In this document: positions 8,658 to 19,678 of the stretch, in pieces | Position numbering within the stretch: position 1 is the stretch's first letter | How the letters are laid out: every line of letters begins with the position of its first letter | Source: a virus | Direction: 5' to 3' (one strand) | Virus record (IMG/VR): IMGVR_UViG_3300045988_130119 | Span: 21,023-85,022 of that record | Length of the DNA: 64,000 bases | Notes under the pieces: model-generated | The model's input: the letters and a program-made list of their open reading frames with translations, nothing else | What the model was told of the DNA's origin: nothing | The model's database searches: none | Translations under genes and position numbers: made by a program

Positions 8658-11003
8658 TTATTCTCCTTTTGTTTTTAATCTATAAGCGTTTTTAAGTAAC
8701 ATATCTTTTAAAAATGTTTGTTTTGTTTTCACTTCTTTTGTGCGAATTGCTTTTGAAATAGCATAATTATTTCCAACTAACACACAGTATTTTTTTGCTC
8801 TAGTAATCGCTGTATATAAAAGTTCAGAATTATTCATAATATAACTTCCAGTGTCCATTCCCACAATTGTAGATGTGAATCCAGATCCTTGCATTTTATG
8901 GACAGTACATGCATACGCAAGTTCCAAATTTTTTGACTCAGCTTTACTAAAAACAACTTCTCCTATTCCAACAAAATCTATCGTACAATATCCATTATCT
9001 TCAATTTCTTTTACTATTCCGATGTTTCCATTGAATACAGGTGTCGTATCACCATCAGAATTTGTACATTTATAATTATTTTTTGTATTTAATACCTTAT
9101 CTCCAACTCGTATTACATATTTTTTCGCTTCATCATTTTTCTTTTCTAAGAAGATTTCTATCTCATTTTCTTTATTAAATTTTGGATTATATAAATTTTG
9201 AATTTTTGTGTTAAGATTATAACAAGAAAGTTCCCCTTTTAATCTCATAGGAACGCATACTTGAACTTCCATGATGTTATTAAATTTATCCATTTCTGTT
9301 TGAAAATGTCTAATTATACAATCAGCCATTGATTCTTTAGAATTAAAAATATCCAATTCCATATCTTTAAGTTCTCCAAGAATTGTATTTCCTTCAAATT
9401 TATTTCCAAAAATTTGTTCTTGATTTGCAACTTTTATCGACGTTGGTATAATACCACTCATCAATGCCTGTCTATGTGGTTTCGTTAATTTTACAACAGG
9501 TAGTACATCACTATCCAAAATGTCAGCAAACACTTGACAATTTCCTATAGGAGTTAACTGTTGAACATCTCCCATAATAATTACTTTTGCACCAATTGGA
9601 ATTGCTTCTAATAATGACAGAAATAATGCTCCATTTATCATTGTTGCTTCGTCTATCAATACGATATCAACAGCTAACTTGTTTTCTTTATTATATGTAA
9701 ATTCACCATTTTGATATCCTAAAGCCCTGTGTATGGTACTTGCTGGTAATCCAGTTGCTTCGGTAATTCTAACGCTCGCTTTACCAGATAATGCGCATGC
9801 TAAAATACTATAATTGTCATATAATGAGCAAATTCCGTTAGCAGTGCTGGTTTTTCCGGCTCCGGCTAAACCAGTCAATGTCATAACATTGTTTTCTAAG
9901 CTTAATTTGATTGCAGCTCTTTGTTCATCTGTAAAATCAAATCCCTGATTTTCCTCTACATTTTTTATTATTTTTTCCCAATTAGAGATATTAAATGATT
10001 TAGGTATATAATCCTTATGAAGATCTTCGATATTTTCAGAATTATTTTCTACTATTTTTATATTTCCAATCTGCAATCTCAAAAGTTCTTCCATAATTCT
10101 ATTCTCTAAATTATAGAATTTTCTCAAAGCTATTTTAGATCCGTCATCGATTACAACAACATCCTCATTATCAATCATCTGTTTTGCTGTAATATTTATT
10201 ACTTCTTCTGGTACAAATCCTAAAGCATCGTATAAAGCTTTCATCAATTCTTGATAAAACAAATAGCTCTTACCGGCTTCTCCTTGTTCATTCAAATGAT
10301 GTAATAAAAATCCTTTTATACGTTTTGGATCATATTGTCCTATTCCGACTTTACATGCAACCTCATCGGCTTTTTTAAATCCTACTCCATCCACTCTAAC
10401 CAAATCATATGGATTATTTCTAACAACATCTATTACTGTATCAGGAGAATGATAAAAATCTACAAGCTTTTTTATAAATGTATGTGTTAATCCCAATTGT
10501 CCAAGTTCCATATAAATAGAGCTATAATCTTTAGATTCTTCATATTCATCTATTAATCGCAACGCCACTTGATTGCCTATACCTTTGATTTTCATAAGTG
10601 ATTTAATATCTCTATTCTCTAAAAGTTGAATAACATCATCATATTGATCAAATAATTTATCGACAATATTTTCATTCAAGACATTTTTTAAGAATTCTTT
10701 TTGCTTATCCTTGCTTGAAATATCAATACATTTACTAATATATAGAAGTTCATATGTATCTCCATATTGTTCATGTGTCTCTGCTAATTTACAGAAAATT
10801 TTATATGTTGTCCCAAATTCTAAGCTACAGCAAGTTCCTTTTAATTTTATCGTATAAACATTATCAATTTTATTTTCTAACCATTTTGTTACAGTTACAC
10901 TAAAGATAGCAAATTCACCGGAATCAACTTTTTTACAATACTTTGGATAGTAAATTCTATCCAAAGCACATTCAAATTTTAAAACTCTTTCTTCCATCAA
11001 CAC
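8658..11003 (-). CDS. RecD-like SF1 DNA helicase with HhH region
   Basis: Walker A GLAGAGKTS, Walker B VLIDEATM, SF1 C-terminal motifs (TVHKMQGSGF, YTAITRAKK); HhH IKGIGNQVALRLID. Confidence 0.7.
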   Translation of the reverse strand: MLMEERVLKFECALDRIYYPKYCKKVDSGEFAIFSVTVTKWLENKIDNVYTIKLKGTCCSLEFGTTYKIFCKLAETHEQYGDTYELLYISKCIDISSKDKQKEFLKNVLNENIVDKLFDQYDDVIQLLENRDIKSLMKIKGIGNQVALRLIDEYEESKDYSSIYMELGQLGLTHTFIKKLVDFYHSPDTVIDVVRNNPYDLVRVDGVGFKKADEVACKVGIGQYDPKRIKGFLLHHLNEQGEAGKSYLFYQELMKALYDALGFVPEEVINITAKQMIDNEDVVVIDDGSKIALRKFYNLENRIMEELLRLQIGNIKIVENNSENIEDLHKDYIPKSFNISNWEKIIKNVEENQGFDFTDEQRAAIKLSLENNVMTLTGLAGAGKTSTANGICSLYDNYSILACALSGKASVRITEATGLPASTIHRALGYQNGEFTYNKENKLAVDIVLIDEATMINGALFLSLLEAIPIGAKVIIMGDVQQLTPIGNCQVFADILDSDVLPVVKLTKPHRQALMSGIIPTSIKVANQEQIFGNKFEGNTILGELKDMELDIFNSKESMADCIIRHFQTEMDKFNNIMEVQVCVPMRLKGELSCYNLNTKIQNLYNPKFNKENEIEIFLEKKNDEAKKYVIRVGDKVLNTKNNYKCTNSDGDTTPVFNGNIGIVKEIEDNGYCTIDFVGIGEVVFSKAESKNLELAYACTVHKMQGSGFTSTIVGMDTGSYIMNNSELLYTAITRAKKYCVLVGNNYAISKAIRTKEVKTKQTFLKDMLLKNAYRLKTKGE

Positions 11004-13438
11004 ACCTCACTATCTGTTATTAATGAATTTCCTTTTCCAAATTTTCTATACACTATATCATACTGAGTTATAACATCATATTCTTTATCTATGTCAGCAG
11101 CTATGATGTTTTTCCCTTCGTCATCTTTTCCAATTATCTTTTTTCCAAATTCTTTTTCTGAATTTATAACATCGATGATATCTCCATCTTGAAGAGGTAA
11201 TATTTTAAAAATTTCTTTTTTTACTTTTCTATATTGAATTTTTCCTGTTCCAATATCATAAAGTATTAAATTTGGAGCAATTACATTTCTAGTATTTAAT
11301 ACAAAATATCTATTAGAATATTCTCTATTTACATATCTAACTGTATTAAACTTTTCTACTTGCATTTTCATAATGTCATATTCATCTATATGTTCATTAG
11401 GAATAATATTAAAAATCTCCAATAAAGTTTTTTTAAAATTCAAATTGTTATATGACTTTCCAGTTTTTGATAATTCTGAATTTGATATTACAATTCTTTT
11501 AATATTTTCATCTGAAATTTTTTTCTCAAGTGTTTTTACGGTCATTTTGTCTTTTCCGTATAGAATTAAAAAATAATCTCTAAATATTAATAATTTTTTT
11601 GTTTTTCCGTAACTTGAGCAACAATCTGCAATTAAATATTGCTCTAAAATTTTTTTCGTTATTTTATTTTCTGTACAATATTCAAGAAAATCATAAAATG
11701 TATCACTCTTACACATACAATCAAATAAAATATCAGGCGTATTGTCTATTTTTTCTTCGTCTTTTGTAAGAAACATTTCGATTCTTTTATTTGCTTCTTT
11801 TATGTAATATTCTTTATCCAATACATACGGAATAGATTTTTCATGTATATCTTCATTATCTATAAACAGGTGTTTTGGTGTATTCGCAAACTGTTCATAA
11901 GATTTGTTTCCCTTTTCTATCTTTAATTTGTAAATTGATCCATTTGAATCATTTTTACTTGCAAAAACTCTATGAACTTTTCCTTTTAATAATTCTCCGT
12001 CAATTGATGATATCTTTCCATCTTTAGCTGCAATTCCATTTCCATACCAAATTTCTTTGTATTTCGCAGATAATTTAATAACCTTCTGGAATTTTATATA
12101 TTCATTACATTCGTTAATGGTTTTTTCAACAGGTATACCAAATGCTAAATAATTTCTAACAGCATCGTTTAAAATAGATAAATCATTGTCTATTGGTTTG
12201 TTAAATTTTACCATTGCACCTTTGCACTCTAATTTTCCATTCTTCATTACTGCTATGTAATTATTCACATCTTTTTGAATTAATTTTGTATATTCATCAA
12301 TTTCAAATTCCATTTTCAATCTCTTACCTACAGCATTTGTAATTTCTATGACTTTATTTTTCATATCTTCATTTTCGCAAAGAACGAAAATACCATCTGT
12401 ATTAGTCTGCAATAATCTACAATATGGTTCTAATTTATCTATTAGATCCAGAATGAACATTTGTCCAAATATACAAGTTAAATTTGCCATAAGTGGATCG
12501 TATGATGGATTATTTCTATCCTTTCCTGCTCCATATACACCGTTTATCATTGGCTTTAAAGCTTTGTTTTTTGAATTTCCTTCAGCTTTAAGTTTTAATC
12601 TAAAATTTCTCATCTGTTTAAAGTCGTCTGGATTTTTAAATTTTCTACTCAATAATCCATATTCAATATCTGTTGTTGGATACATTGACGCTACATCTGC
12701 ATGAAGAATAATTCCTTCAAATATAGCTTGTTTATCGTCTGCTCCATGACATCCACCCCATGCAAAAACATGTGGAATACCGGCTACCACACAACATAAC
12801 TGATTATTATGTTGTACATATTCTGAACGTAAATGTTCTTTATATCTCCAATTTTTAGGATTGAGGTACCATTCAGGAATAAATTTATATTTATCTGATA
12901 ATTGGATTGTTTCTGGAAGACGAATGTCAAATTCATCATCGAGAGTATGCTGATTTACAGCATTGAGAATTTTAGGAGAAACTGCTAATTGTACTTTTGT
13001 TTTTGTAAAATAAGACATATCAAGACCATATAATTCAATAATGTCTAACTGACCTTCAAAATCATCCCAACATTGGTCTAAAACACGAAGCACCTCAATT
13101 ACGTCATGTCTGTTATAGTATAGCGTTTGTTTAATCTCTTCTTCTGTAAGAGATCTATCTATATTAAAATCTACTTCTGTTTCACGAATGTCGTCGCCCA
13201 TGAATGCTTCTAATTGTTTAAGAGATTTATCTTTAAGAATAGTATCGTAATCATTTAAAGGATATTTCTTTGCATTTTTCACAACTTGGAAAGGTTTTTT
13301 GCCTTCTTTGATTAATTTATCATTAACATATCCTACGTTCATTCCATCAAGTATTCCTTTGAAAATTCCAGTATCATATTGTCTACCGTTGTAAGAAATG
13401 AAAATATCATCTTTATGTTCATTATAAAAATCTGTCAA
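10997..13438 (-). CDS. family-B DNA polymerase (true N-terminus probably upstream of annotated start)
   Basis: Exo II YNGRQYD, motif A ADVASMYPT, motif B KPMINGVYG, motif C NTDGIF; Exo I DFE lies in the same frame upstream of first canonical start. Confidence 0.75.
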   Translation of the reverse strand: MTDFYNEHKDDIFISYNGRQYDTGIFKGILDGMNVGYVNDKLIKEGKKPFQVVKNAKKYPLNDYDTILKDKSLKQLEAFMGDDIRETEVDFNIDRSLTEEEIKQTLYYNRHDVIEVLRVLDQCWDDFEGQLDIIELYGLDMSYFTKTKVQLAVSPKILNAVNQHTLDDEFDIRLPETIQLSDKYKFIPEWYLNPKNWRYKEHLRSEYVQHNNQLCCVVAGIPHVFAWGGCHGADDKQAIFEGIILHADVASMYPTTDIEYGLLSRKFKNPDDFKQMRNFRLKLKAEGNSKNKALKPMINGVYGAGKDRNNPSYDPLMANLTCIFGQMFILDLIDKLEPYCRLLQTNTDGIFVLCENEDMKNKVIEITNAVGKRLKMEFEIDEYTKLIQKDVNNYIAVMKNGKLECKGAMVKFNKPIDNDLSILNDAVRNYLAFGIPVEKTINECNEYIKFQKVIKLSAKYKEIWYGNGIAAKDGKISSIDGELLKGKVHRVFASKNDSNGSIYKLKIEKGNKSYEQFANTPKHLFIDNEDIHEKSIPYVLDKEYYIKEANKRIEMFLTKDEEKIDNTPDILFDCMCKSDTFYDFLEYCTENKITKKILEQYLIADCCSSYGKTKKLLIFRDYFLILYGKDKMTVKTLEKKISDENIKRIVISNSELSKTGKSYNNLNFKKTLLEIFNIIPNEHIDEYDIMKMQVEKFNTVRYVNREYSNRYFVLNTRNVIAPNLILYDIGTGKIQYRKVKKEIFKILPLQDGDIIDVINSEKEFGKKIIGKDDEGKNIIAADIDKEYDVITQYDIVYRKFGKGNSLITDSEVC

Positions 13439-13580
13439 TTTTTGTTTATCATTTACGATTACTATTTCTTTTGTTCTATCTTCGTAATTTATAAATGTAA
13501 CACAAAACCAATTTATTTTAGAATATACTTCGAAATCATATCCGAAAATTTTACTTTTATCTATTATTTAGACCACCGCC

Positions 13581-15341
13581 TTATCCAAAGAATCCTTGTA
13601 CTTTATCGCTTTTATAAAACATCCAATCGTCAATTAACACTTGAGCAGCTTTTCCAGATTTATAATCAATAGAAAATCTCCCAATTACATCAAATTCAAA
13701 ATTTTCTCCTATAGAAATTATTTCTTTATATAATGAAGCTAATGAACTTCCTTTTGTTTGTTTTACAAATTTTATATTGTGATATACGAACTCGATTTTG
13801 TTCTGTTTAGATCCAAGAAGATATAAATTGTATTTATTACATGGAATATTTCTTATTAAAAAGATAGGTTCGCTCACTGAGTTTCCCCATACGAAATCAT
13901 ATTTAGCAACATTTTTAATAATCTGATCATGAATTTGATTTGAATCATACACGTTATATACGTGATATGTAGGTTCATCAATTTTTTTCATTGTTGAAAG
14001 TAAAGAAAATAATTTATTCGTGTTTTCATATCTTATTTCGCATCCAAACGCACCAGAATGTCCCTCAACCTTATCGAATAAATTTGTATCTTTACACCAC
14101 TGATTAAAGTCTAATATTTCACATTTATCACTACCTCTACCGCTTCCTTTACATACATTCCCTTTTCGTCTCATTAATAAACACGGTCTTTGATATTGAT
14201 CAGCAAGTCTATTTGCAATTAATCCAGTAGAATTACTATCAACGTCATCTCTTGCGTTACATACAAGAATTGGAAATTTATCCAAACCATATTTTTTTAC
14301 TTCTTCCGATAAAACGGCTGCACTTTCTTCGGTTAATTTTTTTTGTTTTCTGTTAGAAGACTGACATGCTTTGAGAACATATTCTTGAATGGTCATGTTT
14401 ACCATTCCTTTCCCTCTAACTTTTCTATCGAGCATTTTATCTGAATTACACAATGCTTCGAACATATAACATTTATCTTCATATTCTCCAAGACGAATCA
14501 TCGAATTAATCAACGGACATACATAAAATCCAATGCCATTGATAGTAATTTTGTTATTCAAAGAATACATTTGTGCATTTACTAAAACACTAATCAATTT
14601 ATTTTTATTGATTCTATTTCTTATTTGTTCCAACCCTTTTAAAATGTAATACCTTGTTTGTAAATTAGTTACATCCGCTCTATCTCCTATCATTCCCAAT
14701 GCAACCAAATCCAAGTAATCATCTGCATAATTCACTTTATAATAATCATCTAAAATTTTCGTAAATTTATATGTAATTCCAACACCTGTCATTGCTTTAT
14801 CGGTTATTTGATCAGAATATTGATTATTAACAACAATTGCCGGATTATTTGGAATTACCCCTTCTTTATCTCTAATATTATGATGATCTAGAATAATCAC
14901 ATCTTTTCCAAGTTTAATTAGTTTTTCACATTCTTTCGAATCACCAGATCCTGCGTCCGGAATAATCACTAATTTGGAATCATCTTCACACATGCTTTCT
15001 ATAAATTCTGATAAACCATGTGCTTTTCCTTTATGAATAAGGCATCTTATTTCAATGTTAGGATTAATTCTTTTTATATATTGATACATAAGCGATGCGG
15101 ATGTATTACCATCCACATCACAATCGACTAATAAATCAATAATATCTTCGTTTGATATGTGTTTTATCAGTATATTTTTTGCTTCATTAATATTATCGAA
15201 AAGAAGTTCACTCTCCGTATTTTTTAATGTTGGATTCAGAAAGGAGTCTGTGTCGTCAATTCCTTTTAATTTTAAAATATCTTCTAACTCATTTCCAAAT
15301 CTCACATGACCAAGTACATCATATTTAAAACTCAAATTCAT
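13581..15341 (-). CDS. DHH-family phosphoesterase, RecJ-like exonuclease
   Basis: DCDVDG, IPDAGSGD, ILDHHN (DHH), EGHSGAFG (DHHA1 GGH) motifs. Confidence 0.7.
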   Translation of the reverse strand: MNLSFKYDVLGHVRFGNELEDILKLKGIDDTDSFLNPTLKNTESELLFDNINEAKNILIKHISNEDIIDLLVDCDVDGNTSASLMYQYIKRINPNIEIRCLIHKGKAHGLSEFIESMCEDDSKLVIIPDAGSGDSKECEKLIKLGKDVIILDHHNIRDKEGVIPNNPAIVVNNQYSDQITDKAMTGVGITYKFTKILDDYYKVNYADDYLDLVALGMIGDRADVTNLQTRYYILKGLEQIRNRINKNKLISVLVNAQMYSLNNKITINGIGFYVCPLINSMIRLGEYEDKCYMFEALCNSDKMLDRKVRGKGMVNMTIQEYVLKACQSSNRKQKKLTEESAAVLSEEVKKYGLDKFPILVCNARDDVDSNSTGLIANRLADQYQRPCLLMRRKGNVCKGSGRGSDKCEILDFNQWCKDTNLFDKVEGHSGAFGCEIRYENTNKLFSLLSTMKKIDEPTYHVYNVYDSNQIHDQIIKNVAKYDFVWGNSVSEPIFLIRNIPCNKYNLYLLGSKQNKIEFVYHNIKFVKQTKGSSLASLYKEIISIGENFEFDVIGRFSIDYKSGKAAQVLIDDWMFYKSDKVQGFFG

Positions 15342-15350
15342 ACTCCTTTC

Positions 15351-16430
15351 TTATTGATTTGTTCCAACATATATTTTATTCTCCATCAGTTCCAGTAAAA
15401 TTTCTTTTCCTCTATCGGTTGGACTGTCTTTATAATTGAGCAAATTATTTGTATCCCACAATACAGTTACTACAGTAAATGGACTCAATTTATCAATAAT
15501 CTTATTTTTAATATGTTTCGCCCATTTTTTACATTCATCAGAATCAAGATTTTCATATTGCTTGTCTAATGCAACCACAACTTCACGTACACCAAGCATT
15601 AAAATCATTCCTTTTTGATAATCGGTTAAATTGCTACCACACAATGCAACTGTAAAATTATCTTCTCCAAACATTGTATCTGTTTGAAATACTGACTTCT
15701 CCGCTTCTACAAGCATTATTTTCCGCTTTTTTTGTATAGCATTTATATTATGATTTAGCCCAAATAAATTCATTCCAAGTGAATGGTTGTAAAAATGCTT
15801 ACCAATTCTAAATGGAGAATATTTTCCAAATAATTCTATATCCATTTCTAACAATGATCTTGCTCGAACACCAATCAATTGATTGTTTATATCAAAATGA
15901 GGAATTATAATTTTTTGCTGCCATGTTGAATAAAGAATCTTATATTTTTTCATTGTTTCAATAGATATTCCTTCATTTATCCAATCTTCGGTATAAAATT
16001 CTTGAAAAATATTGAGAACTTTTTTATCGTATGGAATCAGTTGTTTTTCTTTTATATTTTTCTTTTTGTTTTTCTTATAGTTTCTTATAAATTCCCAGTC
16101 TGATATTTGTTCTTGCTTACCAAATCCATATTCGCAATTATCAATATTTAACTTTATGCATATCCAATTAATTGCTTTTTGAAATTCGTCCTGTTCGAAA
16201 TCTTTATATCCCATTACTACACCAATGATATCTAATTGACCACATTCTGTATAACAATGGAACGACTTAGAATCTTTGTAGTAATATAATTTTGCTTTTG
16301 TTCCATGATGACATATTGTGTCTGTTATCCAAACAACATCATCTTCATAGTAGAAAGTTGCTCCCATTTCTATAATCAACTTTCTAATATCATCTTCTTT
16401 TAGTTTTTCTTTTAATTCCTGGGCGGTCAT
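15351..16430 (-). CDS. DnaG-type DNA primase
   Basis: CHC2 zinc finger CHHG...HCYTECG; Toprim-like LVEAEKSVFQTD. Confidence 0.65.
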   Translation of the reverse strand: MTAQELKEKLKEDDIRKLIIEMGATFYYEDDVVWITDTICHHGTKAKLYYYKDSKSFHCYTECGQLDIIGVVMGYKDFEQDEFQKAINWICIKLNIDNCEYGFGKQEQISDWEFIRNYKKNKKKNIKEKQLIPYDKKVLNIFQEFYTEDWINEGISIETMKKYKILYSTWQQKIIIPHFDINNQLIGVRARSLLEMDIELFGKYSPFRIGKHFYNHSLGMNLFGLNHNINAIQKKRKIMLVEAEKSVFQTDTMFGEDNFTVALCGSNLTDYQKGMILMLGVREVVVALDKQYENLDSDECKKWAKHIKNKIIDKLSPFTVVTVLWDTNNLLNYKDSPTDRGKEILLELMENKIYVGTNQ

Positions 16431-16441
16431 TATATACCTCC

Positions 16442-18070
16442 CTACTTGGATACTTTCGATAATTCTGTTGCTAAATCATAACCAGAAACATCTATATCAG
16501 TTTCTATAATTCCAACATCTCCAACATCGTCCAATTTGAAATCAATAAGAGTTTGCTCAATGTCCGGAATTAATTCATAATTATAATCTGTAACGAAGCA
16601 ATCAACCTCTCGCATCGTTCCCATATTCAATTTAGTCCAAATAATAATAGATTTCCATTTACCACCACGATTCTTAAAAACGTAATATGACATATTTGGA
16701 ATTAATCTTCCAAAACTTCCATCACTTTCAAGAATTGGTTTCAACTTTTTCAAATCTTTATGAGTAACCGGCAACGCTAAAATACCACCATCTGCTTTTT
16801 CAATAATTGCTTTAGATCCCTTTAATGCCCCGGCATCTTTATTATTGTCTTCTTTATAATTGTCATTTAACTGAGTTGCAGAACCTAAATAAATTCCAAA
16901 TTTATTACATACTGATTTAAGAGCTGCGCTAAACAAGAAAAGAATCTGATCAGTTCTTAAGCGTGTGTGTGTTTTGTTATAATAATATTCGTATAATGAA
17001 GGGGAATCATTAATATAGTCAAAGAAACATGCTACTATGTTATGATTTAAGATATATTTTTCAATTGTTTCAGATATGAGATCGATGGTGAAATCTGGCA
17101 TATACTCAACATAGTATTCATATGTCTCAATATATTTTGCAGACTCTTCAAGAATTTTTTCTTCTTCTTTTGTGATATCATCCCAAGTTTCAATGCGATC
17201 TTGTTCAATTCCACTCACATGAGCTAAGATAATATCTTGAATTTCTTCTTTTTCAAGCTCAGTAGAAATAAATAAAACTGACTCACTTTCACCTGTTGGT
17301 ATCCATTTATTTTTATTCCAATCATATATTCTATCTGACACCATATTACATCCATCTGCTAAAGAGCTTCTAGATTTTCCTCCTCCTGATACAGAGCTTC
17401 TAAGGATGTATTTTTTTGGGCGCATTCCTCTATATACAGTTGTTAAATATCCAGATTGAAATGGATACCCATATACATTTTGTTGTTCTTTGTGTTCTCG
17501 CAATCTATCAGATATTCCTTCTCCCACCTTGAAAGAATAATTATCACCAAAAGTATTTTTCCACATAGATTTGAAATCAACAAATTTATTATTTATTTCA
17601 TTCAATACATCAACACTTGTTAGTTGATTAAATCTTTCTATTTTATCATCATCATTTTCATCATAAATAAAGTTAATATCTAATTTTAAAAATTCTTCAG
17701 CATTTCTAACTATTGAATATTTGCGAACATCATCATAATATTTGCCTATATTCATCATCTTATCCGATGACATTTCTATAGCTGACTCAATATATTCCCA
17801 TCCATTATTATTCTTCCACAATGATACAGCGACATCTAATTGAGATATTTCATTTTCAATGTCAATTGGAGTTATTTTTTCTACATTTCCTTTTTTTGCA
17901 ATATTAACAATTGCACCCCATATCATTCGATGAAAATTCTCAGGATAATCGTTTTCATTAGTTGAATATTTCTCGTTTAAAGCAAATCTTGGATTTAAAC
18001 AATAACATCCAAATAATAAGAAAATAGCCTTTTTATCTACTTGTTGATAAAAATTAATTTGAATCACCAC
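16442..18070 (-). CDS. DnaB-like replicative helicase
   Basis: DnaB-like N-terminal helical region; P-loop-like SSVSGGGKSRSS; position between primase and ATPase. Confidence 0.5.
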   Translation of the reverse strand: MVIQINFYQQVDKKAIFLLFGCYCLNPRFALNEKYSTNENDYPENFHRMIWGAIVNIAKKGNVEKITPIDIENEISQLDVAVSLWKNNNGWEYIESAIEMSSDKMMNIGKYYDDVRKYSIVRNAEEFLKLDINFIYDENDDDKIERFNQLTSVDVLNEINNKFVDFKSMWKNTFGDNYSFKVGEGISDRLREHKEQQNVYGYPFQSGYLTTVYRGMRPKKYILRSSVSGGGKSRSSLADGCNMVSDRIYDWNKNKWIPTGESESVLFISTELEKEEIQDIILAHVSGIEQDRIETWDDITKEEEKILEESAKYIETYEYYVEYMPDFTIDLISETIEKYILNHNIVACFFDYINDSPSLYEYYYNKTHTRLRTDQILFLFSAALKSVCNKFGIYLGSATQLNDNYKEDNNKDAGALKGSKAIIEKADGGILALPVTHKDLKKLKPILESDGSFGRLIPNMSYYVFKNRGGKWKSIIIWTKLNMGTMREVDCFVTDYNYELIPDIEQTLIDFKLDDVGDVGIIETDIDVSGYDLATELSKVSK

Positions 18071-18551
18071 CCTCTAACAAATCTCCCAAATCTATCAAAG
18101 ATGCTGATTTTGTTTTCGCTCTCATAGATGAACGATTTACTAATTTTGTTTTCTTTTTAACATCTGATAATTTGTTTACCTGTTCTTTCAACTTTTCTTG
18201 TTGTGAATAATATTCTTTGGCTTCGTCATAATAATGTTTTATCAATACAACTCCGTACTTTTCGATTAGTGATTTATTTAAAATTTCTTTACAATACCAA
18301 AGAGTATATGTCATTGCTGCATATGAAAAACCATAATCATTTTTATACTCTTTAATTTGTTTTAACATAAATCCAGTCGGTCTATCCAAAACATAATTTT
18401 CACATATGAAATCAATCAATTGTTTATATTCAGAAGATTCTCGTTCTATATTCTCAAAACATTCTTTACAATATGTTTTTGATGAATGCATATATTTTTC
18501 TTCTGGTTTTAATTTTTTTCCACAACCTTTACATGTCGATAATCTTGCCAT
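18054..18551 (-). CDS. zinc-ribbon/coiled-coil protein
   Basis: CKGCG...CKEC. Confidence 0.35.
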   Translation of the reverse strand: MARLSTCKGCGKKLKPEEKYMHSSKTYCKECFENIERESSEYKQLIDFICENYVLDRPTGFMLKQIKEYKNDYGFSYAAMTYTLWYCKEILNKSLIEKYGVVLIKHYYDEAKEYYSQQEKLKEQVNKLSDVKKKTKLVNRSSMRAKTKSASLIDLGDLLEGGDSN

Positions 18552-18607
18552 ATGTACCTACTTTTCAGAAATAGGAGGGAAAATTCCCTCCGTTTTTTAT
18601 CAGTTAT

Positions 18608-19672
18608 TTATGCCTTAATATCATATTTCTGAATCAATTCTTCCAGTTCCATCACAATTACTTTTGTAAGATCAAGCTGTGTGTCTCTAAGAGTATCAAA
18701 CATCTTTACATTACCATTATCATCAAGACCAAGGTTTTTCTGAAGAACTGCGGTTGCTTCATCCAAGTGACCATTTGATGCTAACAGTCCACCAAGTTCA
18801 ACACCTTTTGCTTTAATTGACTCAAAGTCTTCCACAGGGGTAGTTTTATCAATAGTCTTTTCTTTTGTCGTAAACGTTCCACCAAGATCTTCAACTGCTT
18901 TTGTCCAAGCGTCTTTCAAATCTTTTACATTGATTTTATCCGGCAATCCAAATGTATCTTTTAAATCTGGATATTTATCTGTCTTTTTGAATGTGATATA
19001 TCTTTCACCTTTTTCTTCATACATATATCCCACTAAGAAAGCAGCTTCTCTACAATAAGAAAATGTATTCTTATTTAATTTTAAAGAGTCGCTTTCCTTC
19101 TTTGTGTCAAAATCTTTACTGTGTGAAGACTGTGCAATAAAATGAACTGTATAACCAAGACTCTGAAGCAATCCAATATTTCTCAAAGCACTTTTAAATC
19201 TAAGAGATCCTTCTCCATATGCACCTACATCTTTTAAGATTTCAGCATCTCTATTCTCAAGTACATATCTTTCACAAAATTCCTCATATTTGTCTAGAGT
19301 ATCGATTACAACACATGAGAATTTTTGTTTTAAAGCAGGGTTTCTCAACTGTCCTAAAATAGATTTAAAATCAGACATTGTATTGATTTTAATAGCCATA
19401 ATGCCTGGAATGTTCTGATATCTATCTTCAAATTCTAAGAATAAAGGTTCTTTATCCGGAACTAACTCTTTTAAAAATTTCATCAATGTTGTTGTTTTAC
19501 CAACACCAGTATCACCCATGAGAACAGTTGTGTACTGAGTAAGATCCACAGAAACTTTATTTGGTGTTAAATCTAATAAATTAATGTTCATATAAAATAT
19601 ATTCTCCTTTGATTTTCTTCTATTTATATTTACTATAATTTTCTGCCCAAGATTTCTCCTGGGCATATACAT
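18608..19672 (-). CDS. AAA_24-like ATPase (Sak4/RecA-like phage ATPase)
   Basis: Walker A VLMGDTGVGKTTT, Walker B CVVIDTLD. Confidence 0.5.
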   Translation of the reverse strand: MYMPRRNLGQKIIVNINRRKSKENIFYMNINLLDLTPNKVSVDLTQYTTVLMGDTGVGKTTTLMKFLKELVPDKEPLFLEFEDRYQNIPGIMAIKINTMSDFKSILGQLRNPALKQKFSCVVIDTLDKYEEFCERYVLENRDAEILKDVGAYGEGSLRFKSALRNIGLLQSLGYTVHFIAQSSHSKDFDTKKESDSLKLNKNTFSYCREAAFLVGYMYEEKGERYITFKKTDKYPDLKDTFGLPDKINVKDLKDAWTKAVEDLGGTFTTKEKTIDKTTPVEDFESIKAKGVELGGLLASNGHLDEATAVLQKNLGLDDNGNVKMFDTLRDTQLDLTKVIVMELEELIQKYDIKA

Positions 19673-19678
19673 TTTTAA

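Noticed and set aside
19621-19650. Hairpin TGCCCA-N10-TGGGCA between the 19679..20632 gene and the AAA-ATPase gene as a terminator
   Set aside because: On the coding (minus) strand it is not followed by a U-tract, and the genes appear co-transcribed. It may be a weak attenuator or RNA-stability element at best.
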